Shown: positions 63,598 to 64,000 of the stretch, piece after piece | Layout: the number at the start of each line of letters is the position of its first letter | Position numbering within the stretch: the stretch's first letter is position 1 | From: the human T2T-CHM13v2.0 reference genome, Homo sapiens | DNA: 64,000 nt | NCBI RefSeq assembly: GCF_009914755.1 | Contig: NC_060925.1 | Direction: 5' to 3' (one strand) | Translations under genes and position numbers: made by a program | The notes under the pieces: model-generated | The model's database searches: none | What the model saw: the letters and a program-made list of their open reading frames with translations, nothing else | What the model was told of the DNA's origin: nothing

Positions 63598-64000
63598 TTG
63601 CTCCATCCTGCCTGGCGGCCGTGTGAGGCTGCCTGTGTGTCTGTCATTGCTACTGGGACCCCTCGGGGATACCCACCCCCTGGGATTGGCCTTGGATCCT
63701 GCTGGTCCTCTACTAGCCCAACATTCTGCTCCTGTTTGTGGATGTTCAACTCTGAAAGTCCTCAAACAAGCCCCTATGTGGTCACAAAGTACCCCCCTGG
63801 TCACTCAGGTCTGGAGGACTCCAAGCACTGTTTGCTGGGGGCCAGGCTCAGGGGCCTGATGTTTCGAATCGCCTTTCTGAGGGCCTGTCCTGGCTCCCAG
63901 GTGACTGTGGGAGATCCTGAGCTATGCCCTTGGAGCACCCTTCGCCAACTCCAGGCACAGCCAGTGTCCCCACCCTGGTGGCCTCTCCCCCTTGAACAGG

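Noticed and set aside
63100-63859. 234-aa (minus) and 160-aa (plus) ORFs
   Set aside because: GC-rich, stop-poor sequence open on both strands; the minus ORF ends in a MIR; no recognisable protein similarity. A BLASTP or PhyloCSF hit would overturn this.

Overview
Primate (most likely human) genomic DNA. I recognise no protein-coding exon, tRNA, rRNA or CRISPR array, and I cannot name the locus. It looks intergenic or deep-intronic. Interspersed repeats dominate: about 45 Alu elements or fragments (AluJ, S, Y, FLAM/FRAM; roughly a fifth of the window), many MIR and L2 relics, fragmented old L1s (three keep their 5' UTR), MaLR/ERV solo LTRs (THE1, MST, MLT1, MER21, LTR16-like) and DNA-transposon fossils (MER102, MER58, MER44A, MER45A, Charlie1, MER81, MER5A, MADE1). 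Many insertions are nested with readable target-site duplications (TSDs). Most listed ORFs are repeat or low-complexity read-throughs, and none resembles a protein I recognise. Repeat-poor islands (about 4.5-5.0, 31.4-32.5, 44.7-45.3, 46.1-46.5, 48.1-48.5 and 63.3-63.7 kb) carry enhancer-like motif clusters. The most unusual items are: (i) an internally shortened Alu-monomer retrocopy with snaR/ASR-like ends and its own unique 3' tail (10907-11028); (ii) a patchwork templated insertion apparently copied from an Alu 1.86 kb upstream (10016-10097); (iii) a 39-nt ERV1-LTR hairpin fragment retroposed with an A-tail and 17-bp TSD (59759-60137); (iv) an Alu-derived pure (AAG)23 tract. I found no convincing new multi-gene system. 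Family and subfamily calls come from remembered consensus sequences, not a database search, and boundaries of old repeats are approximate.
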